Source of the DNA: Clostridiales bacterium
GTDB taxonomy: Bacteria; Bacillota; Clostridia; Christensenellales; CAG-314
Direction of reading: 5' to 3'
DNA: 49,398 nt
Assembly: GCA_022508325.1 (NCBI GenBank)
Contig: JAFLVL010000004.1
Span: forward strand, 1 to 49,398
Positions 39,780 through 47,875 of the stretch are shown here, piece after piece. Each line of letters begins with the position of its first letter. Position 1 is the stretch's first letter. A model generated the notes under the pieces. The model was not told where the DNA came from. It ran no database searches and saw only the letters and a program-made list of their open reading frames with translations. Position numbers and translations under genes: made by a program.

Positions 39780-40484
39780 ATGCCAATACCTACCCCTCAC
39801 ATTTCAGCAAAAGAAGGCGATTTCGCTAAAACCGTGCTTATGCCGGGTGATCCGCTTCGCGCTAAGTACATTGCCGAGCATTATTTGACCGACGCAGTTC
39901 TCGTAAATAATGTGCGCGGCGTCCAAGGCTACACAGGCTACTACAACGGCAAACGCGTGTCCGTCATGGCTAGCGGAATGGGCATTCCTTCAATCGGAAT
40001 TTACAGCTATGAGCTGTTCAACTTCTACGGCGTGGAGAATATCATTCGCATAGGCTCCGCTGGCGCAATTCACCCCGATTTGAAGCTGAGAAACCTCGTT
40101 TTCGGTCAAGGCTCATGCACCAACAGCAACTACGCCGCTCAATTCGGTATGCCGGGTACCATCGCCCCCATTTGTTCGTTTGAACTGTTGGAAAAAGCCG
40201 TAAAAACCGCTAAAAAACTCAAATACACCTACAAAGTCGGCAATATTTTGGCTTCAGACACTTTCTATGATGACGGTGGCAGCTCGGCAGTTTGGAGCAA
40301 AATGGGAGTACTCGCTGTCGAAATGGAAAGCGCAGCCCTCTACCTCAACGCCGCTCGCGCAGGCAAGAACGCGCTCTGTATTTGCACAATCTCCGACCAT
40401 CTTCTGACAGGAGAAGAGCTCTCATCCGACGAAAGACAAAACTCTTTCAATGAAATGATGATTTTGGCATTAGAAATAGCATAG
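39780..40484 (+). CDS. deoD: purine-nucleoside phosphorylase (hexameric DeoD type)
   Basis: TPHI, MPGDPLRAKYIA, GMGIPS, RIGSAG, VEMES, ISDH; AAGGAGG SD. Confidence 0.96.
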   Translation: MPIPTPHISAKEGDFAKTVLMPGDPLRAKYIAEHYLTDAVLVNNVRGVQGYTGYYNGKRVSVMASGMGIPSIGIYSYELFNFYGVENIIRIGSAGAIHPDLKLRNLVFGQGSCTNSNYAAQFGMPGTIAPICSFELLEKAVKTAKKLKYTYKVGNILASDTFYDDGGSSAVWSKMGVLAVEMESAALYLNAARAGKNALCICTISDHLLTGEELSSDERQNSFNEMMILALEIA

Positions 40485-40498
40485 TGTTTTTTTTGGGT

Positions 40499-40539
40499 CG
40501 CTCGCCACTCAGGCGACTAATTTCCACGCTTTACGGCGA
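40499..40539 (-). repeat. family C repeat (short, inverted), right of deoD
   Basis: Minus strand TCGCCGTAAAGCGTGGAAATTAGTCGCCTGAGTGGCGAGCG. Confidence 0.75.
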
Positions 40540-40650
40540 GTATAAATTACCGATAAATAAATTTCACCTCAAAGGTTTCGTAAAAAACGTTGCTTTTGGG
40601 GTTTTTATTTTGATTGACACTAACAATACTATAAATTCACTCCATTTGTA

Positions 40651-40679
40651 TTGCAATTTGTATAAAAATATTGTATAAT
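40651..40679 (+). promoter_or_regulatory. sigma-A promoter reading through oriC into dnaN
   Basis: TTGCAA-17 bp-TATAAT. Confidence 0.7.
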
Positions 40680-40701
40680 TATTATAATTGCAGATAGTAC
40701 G

Positions 40702-40990
40702 CGTGGATTAGTTGACCGAAAATCGCCGTACGGCGGAAGTATTTTCCTAATCGCCCAGCCGACGAGGCTGCCTCCGCGGCGAGCGGGAGGCGAATCCACA
40801 AAAGATCCACATTTTCATGGGAAAACTTCCATGACTTATCCACAAGAATTATTTTAAACATAGCACAAAATGTTGGTGGTATGCCTGACATACCACCAAG
40901 ATATAGAAAACCACAAGGAAAAAACCACAAATTCACGTCGCCTAATACAAGTACTACTCAATAGAAGGGTAGTAGTTGTATGGGGCACGA
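40702..40990 (+). other. oriC: replication origin oriC (DnaA boxes + basal unwinding module)
   Basis: TTATCCACA at 40836-40844; degenerate boxes at 40702(rev), 40792, 40803, 40859, 40907, 40921, 40930; GC spacer TCGCC; DnaA-trios TAA TAC AAG TAC TAC at 40943-40957; lies upstream of dnaN where predominant gene orientation switches. Confidence 0.85.
40723..40785 (+). repeat. family C repeat inside oriC
   Basis: TCGCCGTACGGCG...TAATCGCCCAGCCGACGAGGCTGCCTCCGCGGCGAGCG. Confidence 0.8.
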
Positions 40991-41015
40991 GCAACAAATC
41001 AAAGGAGAATTTGGT

Positions 41016-42122
41016 ATGAAGATTATCGTAAACAGTCTGGATCTCAACGATGCAGTGACGAAGGTGTCTAAGGCTCTGTCTGTAAAAGACGTTGCACCTG
41101 TATTGGAATGCATCAAGATTACCGCTGACAACGACAAGCTGACGCTCTACGCTACGGACAAGGACCTTGCTATCGAGCGTACGATTGACGCGAACGTAAT
41201 AGTTGGCGGCGCGTTTCTCGTTCCGGGACGCATTTTCGGCGATTATATTCGCAATATTGCCGACAAAGGCAGCGATATCTCCCTTGAAATGGTGGACGAG
41301 AACCGCTTGCTAGTCAGTTCGCAGAGCAGCGAATGTAATATTGGCACTTTGGACGTAGAGGACTACCCCGAGATTGAGAGTATAAGCGGCAGCAATTACT
41401 TTGCAATTCAGGAGACCAACCTTCGTGAGATAATCTCTAACGTCATTTTCTCCGTAGCCACCGACGACAGCAGACCGATGCTACGCGGAGTGTACTTTGA
41501 GGCAAAGGATTACACTCTTTCGGCTGTTGCTACCGACGGATACCGCTTTGCAATGAGCAAAAAGGTGCTTGAAGAGCGCGTAGATGAGATTACTGCAACC
41601 ATTCCGTCAAGAAGTCTTTCCGAACTGTCTAAGCTACTCTCTGACTCGGACAATATTTTGAAGGTTTACATTGAGAATAACTACCTGCTCGTTTGCATGG
41701 AAGGTACAAAGCTGTTCACGCGACTGCTTGCAGGTTCGTACATAAAGTACGACAATATAGTTCCGAGAGAATTCCTGTCAACGTTACTTGTCAACAAAGA
41801 GACCTTTGAACGCGCGTTGAACACCGCTTCAATTATGTCGCGTAGCGAGAAGAATAACCTCGTCGTACTCGACATTGAAGAATACAACATGAACATTTCC
41901 TCGACAAGCCAATACGGTACGGCGAGAGAAAATATCACAATTTCCCTTTCAGGCAAGGACGTGCGTTGCGCGTACAACTCCAAGTACCTCAACGACTGCC
42001 TTAAGGTAATCAACGCCGAAACTATCAAGTTGGAATTTGCGCAACACAACAGCTGTGTAATCACCATCAAAGACAGCGACGAAGTGTTGTACTTCATTTT
42101 GCCTGTAAAACAAATTGTATAG
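41016..42122 (+). CDS. dnaN: DNA polymerase III beta sliding clamp
   Basis: ATD, SRPMLRGV, ATDGYR, YNSKYL, ILPV C-terminus; AAGGAG SD before ATG 41016. Confidence 0.96.
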   Translation: MKIIVNSLDLNDAVTKVSKALSVKDVAPVLECIKITADNDKLTLYATDKDLAIERTIDANVIVGGAFLVPGRIFGDYIRNIADKGSDISLEMVDENRLLVSSQSSECNIGTLDVEDYPEIESISGSNYFAIQETNLREIISNVIFSVATDDSRPMLRGVYFEAKDYTLSAVATDGYRFAMSKKVLEERVDEITATIPSRSLSELSKLLSDSDNILKVYIENNYLLVCMEGTKLFTRLLAGSYIKYDNIVPREFLSTLLVNKETFERALNTASIMSRSEKNNLVVLDIEEYNMNISSTSQYGTARENITISLSGKDVRCAYNSKYLNDCLKVINAETIKLEFAQHNSCVITIKDSDEVLYFILPVKQIV

Positions 42123-42184
42123 CGGCTCGGGTATTCGTGTGTGCTTCGAGCTACGCTAGGCGCACCAGCCGAACACCCTCGCCT
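42123..42184 (+). repeat. REP-like hairpin family B after dnaN stop
   Basis: CGGCTCGGGTATTCG...CCGAACACCCTCGCCT; GTAG at the hairpin foot on the minus strand. Confidence 0.85.
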
Positions 42185-42277
42185 ACATAAGAATATGGCA
42201 GTAAGACAATTTGAGGTGTAATCAGCCGAATACCCACGACCCTGTCTCGCTACGCTCGTAATTTAAAAAAACATGAT

Positions 42278-42319
42278 AAAAAAACAACCTTGTATTTAAA
42301 ATTGCAGGGTTGTTTTTTT
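42278..42319. terminator. bidirectional terminator
   Basis: AAAAAAACAACCTTGTA...TGCAGGGTTGTTTTTTT. Confidence 0.8.
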
Positions 42320-42403
42320 CGTATTTATAAAATTACTTGCACTGATATAGTGAAAATATTATAAATTTTATAAAATATTTAATAGTTTTATAATCACTAG
42401 CAT

Positions 42404-42466
42404 TCGCCGACAGGCGTATTGTTACACTTAGTCGCCTAGCCGACGAGGTAGTCCAAGCGGCGAGCG
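42404..42466 (+). repeat. family C repeat, left of rubrerythrin
   Basis: TCGCCGACAGGCG...TAGTCGCCTAGCCGACGAGGTAGTCCAAGCGGCGAGCG. Confidence 0.8.
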
Positions 42467-42484
42467 TATAATAGTCTCTATCTA

Positions 42485-43081
42485 TTATTTGGAAATACTG
42501 ACAAGATGCAGTAGTGCCGTGCCTTGTTTCGCTCCGCAGAGAGGGCAGGTGTCCCAACACTCTTTGCCGACCGTGGTATGTCCGCAACCCGAGCAGGTCC
42601 AGACGACTTCTTTCTTTTTCTTGTATAGACTGCCGTCTTTCATTTGCTGATACAGCTCTTTGAATATTGCCTCATGCTGAATTTCCACCTTTGCCGTCAT
42701 GTCGAAGAGGTCGGCAATATCAGTAAAGCCCTCTTGGCGCGCTGTTTCCGCCGCAGGAATGTAGATTTCATGCGCTTCCACGTGTTCATCGTCGGCGGCG
42801 AATTTGAGATTGTCGAGGATTTCCCACTTTTCCTTGAATGGGAATCCGCCGGCTATATCAATGTTGTCGATAGGCTTTGTGGACGCCTTTTGCAGGAACG
42901 TGTAGAACATACGGGCGTGGTTGAATTCTTGATAGGCTATGCTGTCTACGATTTCCGCCATAGTCTTGTAGCCGTTGTAACGCATACCGTATTCCATAAA
43001 TTCGTATCGCGTGCGCGCCTGACACTCGGCGGCGAAGGCTTTTGCAAGGTTTAGATACGTTTGACTGTCTATAAGCTTCAT
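42485..43081 (-). CDS. rubrerythrin
   Basis: NLAKAFAAECQAR, EFNH, EIQH diiron motifs; WTCSGCG..CPLC rubredoxin domain. Confidence 0.93.
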   Translation of the reverse strand: MKLIDSQTYLNLAKAFAAECQARTRYEFMEYGMRYNGYKTMAEIVDSIAYQEFNHARMFYTFLQKASTKPIDNIDIAGGFPFKEKWEILDNLKFAADDEHVEAHEIYIPAAETARQEGFTDIADLFDMTAKVEIQHEAIFKELYQQMKDGSLYKKKKEVVWTCSGCGHTTVGKECWDTCPLCGAKQGTALLHLVSISK

Positions 43082-43139
43082 ATAAAACTCCTTTTTTGCA
43101 AAATTATTGCCGCATTTGAGGTGTTTTATACTCTTTGTT

Positions 43140-43185
43140 CACTAGCCGCGGTGGCGACTAGGGAGAGTTTTGCGCCTTACGGCTA
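43140..43185 (-). repeat. family C repeat (short, inverted), right of rubrerythrin
   Basis: Minus strand TAGCCGTAAGGCGCAAAACTCTCCCTAGTCGCCACCGCGGCTAGTG. Confidence 0.7.
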
Positions 43186-43193
43186 GGTAGTAT

Positions 43194-43222
43194 TTGACAG
43201 ATATTGTATATAATGATAGAAT
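43194..43222 (+). promoter_or_regulatory. sigma-A promoter
   Basis: TTGACA-17 bp-(TGA)TAGAAT. Confidence 0.75.
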
Positions 43223-43253
43223 TAATCTACTTTAATATAGGAAATTACAAGCA

Positions 43254-44486
43254 ATGGAAAATAAACAAAAGAAAGACTTCAAAGAACGTTGCAAAGACCT
43301 GTGGAATTACTTTACTACCTACGAAAAAATTTGGTTTTTCAGTATACTCGTGCTGGCGATAGTGTTCTCCTTCATCTTTCCCGAGACGGACGACCCGACC
43401 TATACCGTAGCTATTGACCAAAGTACTTACGTTGCAAATGCAAGCGGCGAATATAACAGCATCTATTTCGGCGGCACTAACGGCGAATTTGTGCTTGTGG
43501 GGGTTACGGTAGGTGACAAAGAATACAGTTTGCTGGAAATCAGCGACTTTGCAGAATTTACCATTGATTCCGAAGAGCCTCAGACGCTATATTTGACGTT
43601 CAATGCTACCGACAAGGACGGAAACAAGTTTTGCTTCACTAAAGATAGCGCAATTTCCTTGGAATTTTACCAAGACAGTGACGGCGAAGATGACCAACTG
43701 TCCTTTACCGTTTGCAGAGGTGAAAAGTACAGCGGCGTAGACAAAGAGCAAAATCTGGTAACGGTCAAGGGTGTTGAGTTGATAGAAAACAAATACGACG
43801 GTTACGAAGTGGTGGAAAACGCGCAATACCCTGTTGCCGTGTGGATTATCACTGCGCTGTACCTTGCCGACGTAGTGCTGAACATTGCTTGCGAGCTACT
43901 TATATCAAAACAAAGCAAGTGGAACTTCATCGTTTCACTTGGTGTGGAAATTGTGGAAATTCTCGTCTGCATTCTATGCGCGTACAGGTTTGCTACTATG
44001 GCAGTCACATTGTTGTTCTGGATACCTTGCGATATTATCAGTTTCGTACTGTGGCACCGTCACCCCGACAGACAAAAGGAAGAGCTTACCGTCGTCAAAA
44101 AGCTCAACTGGTGGCAAGATATTCTAATTGTCGCGGGCATTGCGGTGTGGACTGTAGGTATTGGTTATCTCTTAACGCTCATCGAGGTTGAGGGCGGCAT
44201 ATTTGCCAACAACGTAATGCTCAAAAATATCGTGTGCTACATAGACGCTTGCGCGTCGGCTGTGGGCATAGCTAACGGTCTGTTGATACTTTTCCGCTAT
44301 CGCGAGCAATGGATTGCCTGGTATATCGTGGCAATTCTGGAAACGGTTATCAATATTATTGCAGGACAATGGGTGTTGCTGATACTCAAACTGGGCTACC
44401 TCACCAATACGACCTACGGCTATATAAAGTGGACGCAATACATTCGCCACCACAAAGAGGACTCGGGTATTCGTCTTGGTGTCTAG
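43254..44486 (+). CDS. PnuC-family nucleoside/nicotinamide riboside transporter with a large inserted soluble domain
   Basis: C-terminal TM bundle with WNF, YIDA, RYREQWIAW, YGYIKW motifs; ~150 aa hydrophilic insert after TM1. Confidence 0.8.
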   Translation: MENKQKKDFKERCKDLWNYFTTYEKIWFFSILVLAIVFSFIFPETDDPTYTVAIDQSTYVANASGEYNSIYFGGTNGEFVLVGVTVGDKEYSLLEISDFAEFTIDSEEPQTLYLTFNATDKDGNKFCFTKDSAISLEFYQDSDGEDDQLSFTVCRGEKYSGVDKEQNLVTVKGVELIENKYDGYEVVENAQYPVAVWIITALYLADVVLNIACELLISKQSKWNFIVSLGVEIVEILVCILCAYRFATMAVTLLFWIPCDIISFVLWHRHPDRQKEELTVVKKLNWWQDILIVAGIAVWTVGIGYLLTLIEVEGGIFANNVMLKNIVCYIDACASAVGIANGLLILFRYREQWIAWYIVAILETVINIIAGQWVLLILKLGYLTNTTYGYIKWTQYIRHHKEDSGIRLGV

Positions 44487-44531
44487 TGTTCACTTACGCT
44501 CTCAATGCCACCAATCCAAACACCCTCGCCC
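44459..44531 (+). repeat. REP-like hairpin family B overlapping the end of the pnuC-like gene
   Basis: GACTCGGGTATTCG...CAAACACCCTCGCCC. Confidence 0.75.
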
Positions 44532-44587
44532 ACATTAATATTGTCAAAGCTTTGAAATTTCAATTTCATGAGCTTAACAGAGGAAAT

Positions 44588-45346
44588 ATGAAAGAATTAT
44601 TGAATGCAGTGTACAAACGCAAATCTATGCGCAAATATAGCGGACGTTTGACCGAACAGGAACTTGCGCAAGTCAAGGACTATTTGCAACAGCTGAAGCC
44701 ACTCTGCCCCGAGATTAAGGTAGAATTCGAAGTCGTTCCCTGCAAGGACACCAACTGCAAGTTCAACGGCGAATATTGCCTGATAGTCTACAGCCAAGAG
44801 GGAAATTTGTGGCTTGCCAACATTGGCTATATGCTGGAGCAATGGGATTTGTACCTCGCGACGCTGAATATCGGCGTGTGCTGGTACGGCATGGGCAAAG
44901 TGGACGAAAATGAGAAAAACGGACTGAAATACGGAATTATGCTGTGCTTTGGCAAATGCGGCGAAGAAGATTTCCGCAAGGACGTCGGTGAATTCAACCG
45001 CAAGGACACCGATGATTTCTGGGCAATTGGCGACAGCGATAACGACGGTTTGCTTTTCGGCAAGGTGGGGCAGATTGTAAGACTTGCGCCGAGTGCGTGT
45101 AACAGTCAGCCTTGGCAAGTGGAGCAAGACGGTAATAGTCTAAGAGTGTACAGAGTAAAAGGCAACACTCCGGTGCTTTCGGGCATACTTTTCAAGCATT
45201 GGAACAAGGTTGACATTGGTATTTTCCTGACGTTTCTCGAAGTTGCGTTGGAAAGCGAGGGCTACACGTTCACGCGCGAGCTTCACTCAGACACCGACAG
45301 CAAAAAAAGAGTGCTCACGGCGACGTATTCACTTAATGTAGTTTGA
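44588..45346 (+). CDS. nitroreductase family protein (duplicated domain)
   Basis: RKSMRKY, LNIGVCW, LAPSACNSQPW, VDIGI; start moved to ATG 44588. Confidence 0.88.
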   Translation: MKELLNAVYKRKSMRKYSGRLTEQELAQVKDYLQQLKPLCPEIKVEFEVVPCKDTNCKFNGEYCLIVYSQEGNLWLANIGYMLEQWDLYLATLNIGVCWYGMGKVDENEKNGLKYGIMLCFGKCGEEDFRKDVGEFNRKDTDDFWAIGDSDNDGLLFGKVGQIVRLAPSACNSQPWQVEQDGNSLRVYRVKGNTPVLSGILFKHWNKVDIGIFLTFLEVALESEGYTFTRELHSDTDSKKRVLTATYSLNVV

Positions 45347-45421
45347 AAAATAAAAAGTAAAATTGGCAAGTAAAACAAAACTACTTGCCTCTATTTTATA
45401 TTACAAACATTTAATTGTTTG

Positions 45422-45450
45422 TTGCAAAATCGGCGCAAATTTGTTACAAT
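45422..45450 (+). promoter_or_regulatory. sigma-A promoter of dnaA (leaderless)
   Basis: TTGCAA-17 bp-(TGT)TACAAT, ATG 7 nt downstream. Confidence 0.7.
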
Positions 45451-45457
45451 TATACTT

Positions 45458-46825
45458 ATGTTGAAGATTAGCCAAATTTGGAAAAATATTTTGCTGGAAA
45501 CAGAGGCAAAAACCACGACGTTGGCGTACGATTTGTACATCAACACGTTGGAACCTATCGGCATTTACCACGATAGGCTGATTTTGCTTGCCGAGACGCG
45601 CGCGTTGAAGAATATCGTCAACAACAACTACAAGGACGTGCTTCGCGTCAGCGCCAAATCTGTATTTCCGTCCATTCTCGACGTGGAAGTCATAACAGAG
45701 GACGAATTGCCTCACGTGGGTAGCGTCGCACAAGAGGTGGATATCCCCGTCTCCAACAAATATATTGCGGAAACGGAAGACAAGGTCACCTTTGTGTCGC
45801 AATACACCTTCGAGAACTTCGTCGTCGGCAAATCCAACGATTACGCCGAGGCAGTAGCGCGTGCCGTTGCAGATAACCCGAGCGGCAAGTACAATCCCGT
45901 ATTTTTGTGGGGAGGCGTCGGCTTGGGCAAAACCCACCTGATGCACGCAATAGGCAACAGTTTACAGCGCAACTTTCCCGAAAAGAATATAATGTACGTC
46001 ACTTGCGAGCAATTCGTCAACGAGTTCATTGAGTCCATTGCCGACAACAAGAGTAACCCCAACGCAATGCGAAACTTCCGCACAAAGTACCGCAAGCTTG
46101 ACGTTTTCATGATGGACGACGTACAGTTCCTTGCCAATAAGGAAGGCGCGCAGGAAGAAATATTCAACACCTTCAACGAGCTGTATTTGGCAGACAAGCA
46201 GATAATTCTAAGCTCCGACCGCCCACCCAAGGAAATAAATATCGCAGAGCGTCTGAAAACGCGCTTTGCAACTGGCGTCATTGCCGACATCAAACCGCCC
46301 GATCTCGAAACGCGTATAGCAATTCTGCAAAAGAAGTGCAATTCCAAGGGTTACAACCTTACTATCAAGGTGCTGTCGCTGATTGCGGAGAAAATCACCA
46401 ACAACATTCGTGAAATGGAAGGTATGCTCAACCGCATTATCTCCTATTCCACCCTCGTTGGCGGCGACCCGAACGATATGGATATAGTAGCCGACGCATT
46501 GCGCGACTACGCCGACGCGTCAAATGACATTATCACCCTTGACCATATCGTTAAAGCCACTTGCGAATACTTCAACGTCAAAAAAGACGACCTGGTTGGC
46601 AAAAAGAAAAGCAAAGAAATCGTCATACCGCGCCAAATCTGTATTTATCTGATATGCGACATTTTGGGTACCAGCGTCCCCCTAGTTAAGATAGGCGAAT
46701 TCTTTGGCGGCAGAGACCACACGACCATAATGCACGCACGGGACAAAATTAGCGAAGAGTGCAAGACCAATGACGTCACCGCCGCGCAGGTGAAAGATAT
46801 TCGCGACAAGATTTATAATAGATAA
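45458..46825 (+). CDS. dnaA: chromosomal replication initiator DnaA
   Basis: YTFENFVVG, YNPVFLWGGVGLGKTHL, DDVQFL, SDRPP, NIREMEG, GGRDHTT. Confidence 0.97.
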   Translation: MLKISQIWKNILLETEAKTTTLAYDLYINTLEPIGIYHDRLILLAETRALKNIVNNNYKDVLRVSAKSVFPSILDVEVITEDELPHVGSVAQEVDIPVSNKYIAETEDKVTFVSQYTFENFVVGKSNDYAEAVARAVADNPSGKYNPVFLWGGVGLGKTHLMHAIGNSLQRNFPEKNIMYVTCEQFVNEFIESIADNKSNPNAMRNFRTKYRKLDVFMMDDVQFLANKEGAQEEIFNTFNELYLADKQIILSSDRPPKEINIAERLKTRFATGVIADIKPPDLETRIAILQKKCNSKGYNLTIKVLSLIAEKITNNIREMEGMLNRIISYSTLVGGDPNDMDIVADALRDYADASNDIITLDHIVKATCEYFNVKKDDLVGKKKSKEIVIPRQICIYLICDILGTSVPLVKIGEFFGGRDHTTIMHARDKISEECKTNDVTAAQVKDIRDKIYNR

Positions 46826-46912
46826 GGCTCGCGCATTCGGTTGAAAAAGGCTTCGGACGCAAAGGACGAAAGGCGCGTCCTGCAGAAAATTTTCAACCGA
46901 ACACACTCGCCT
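46826..46912 (+). repeat. REP-like hairpin family B variant after dnaA stop
   Basis: GGCTCGCGCATTCGGTTGAAAA...TTTTCAACCGAACACACTCGCCT; same termini, different interior. Confidence 0.75.
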
Positions 46913-46945
46913 TTGGTTATGGTTACCTCTAATATAGGACAAAAA

Positions 46946-47758
46946 ATGATTTATACGAAATTAAACGACGGCAGGAGTATGCCATTGCTCGGCTACGGCA
47001 CGTATAAGGTAGAGGGTGAAGTCGACCCCGAAAGGTGCGTTAGCGAGGCTCTCGAAGTTGGGTATCGCCTGATTGACACCGCAACGCTCTATCGCAACGA
47101 GGGCGAGATTGGCAGAGCGCTCAGCAAATGCGGCATAGCAAGAAACGAGTTGTTTATCACCACCAAACTGTGGACGGACGTAACCAACGAGGCGCAGGCA
47201 TTCGCATCGGCAGAAAGGTCGCTGAAACTGCTGAAATTGGACTACCTTGACTTGTTGCTCATACATTGGCCCACGGCGCATAGTGTAGAAGTGTATGAGG
47301 CAATGCTTAAAATGCGCGAGCAGGGGCTGGTGAAGTCTGTCGGCGTGTCCAACTTCAAAGAACACCATTTGGAGCAGGTTATTTTGGCAAGCGGAGTAAC
47401 GCCCGCGGTCAATCAAGTCGAGCTGCACCCGATTTTCCAACAAAAGGAGTTGAGGAGCTACTGCAATGGCAAAAATATTGTCGTTCAGGCTTGGTCCCCT
47501 CTTATGCGTAGCGTGGCGTTGAATCTAGATAATTTATCCGCAATTGCGGCAAAATATAACGTGACCGTGGCGCAGCTTATATTGCGTTGGGACGTTCAAA
47601 GCGGCATTTCTACTGTGCCCAAAACGACCAACAAGTCGCGCATGGTGGAAAATTTCAGTCTATTCGACTTTGAAATTTCGCCTGACGACATGCGTCAAAT
47701 TGAATTGCTAGACCAAAACGCGCGGCAATACCGCGACCCGGATAATCACGGCTTCTAA
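46946..47758 (+). CDS. aldo/keto reductase (2,5-DKG reductase-like)
   Basis: MPLLGYGT, IDTATLY, FITTKLW, LIHWP, GVSNF, NQVELHP; start moved to ATG 46946. Confidence 0.93.
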   Translation: MIYTKLNDGRSMPLLGYGTYKVEGEVDPERCVSEALEVGYRLIDTATLYRNEGEIGRALSKCGIARNELFITTKLWTDVTNEAQAFASAERSLKLLKLDYLDLLLIHWPTAHSVEVYEAMLKMREQGLVKSVGVSNFKEHHLEQVILASGVTPAVNQVELHPIFQQKELRSYCNGKNIVVQAWSPLMRSVALNLDNLSAIAAKYNVTVAQLILRWDVQSGISTVPKTTNKSRMVENFSLFDFEISPDDMRQIELLDQNARQYRDPDNHGF

Positions 47759-47762
47759 GGTA

Positions 47763-47826
47763 CGGCTCGGGTATTCGTGTGAGGACTTCGAGCTGCGCTA
47801 TGCACCACACCCGGACACCCTCGCAT
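47763..47826 (+). repeat. REP-like hairpin family B after AKR stop
   Basis: CGGCTCGGGTATTCGTGTG...CACACCCGGACACCCTCGCAT. Confidence 0.85.
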
Positions 47827-47875
47827 GCATAGTTGTAGTCAGGTATACAGCATTAAGTGATATTTGGAGGAAAAT

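Noticed and set aside
44309-44587. N-terminal extensions in the ORF track (nitroreductase; also dnaA 45419, AKR 46841, dnaN 40980, dut 6713)
   Set aside because: They run through neighbouring genes, promoters or repeats; downstream ATGs fit SD/promoter positions and family N-termini.
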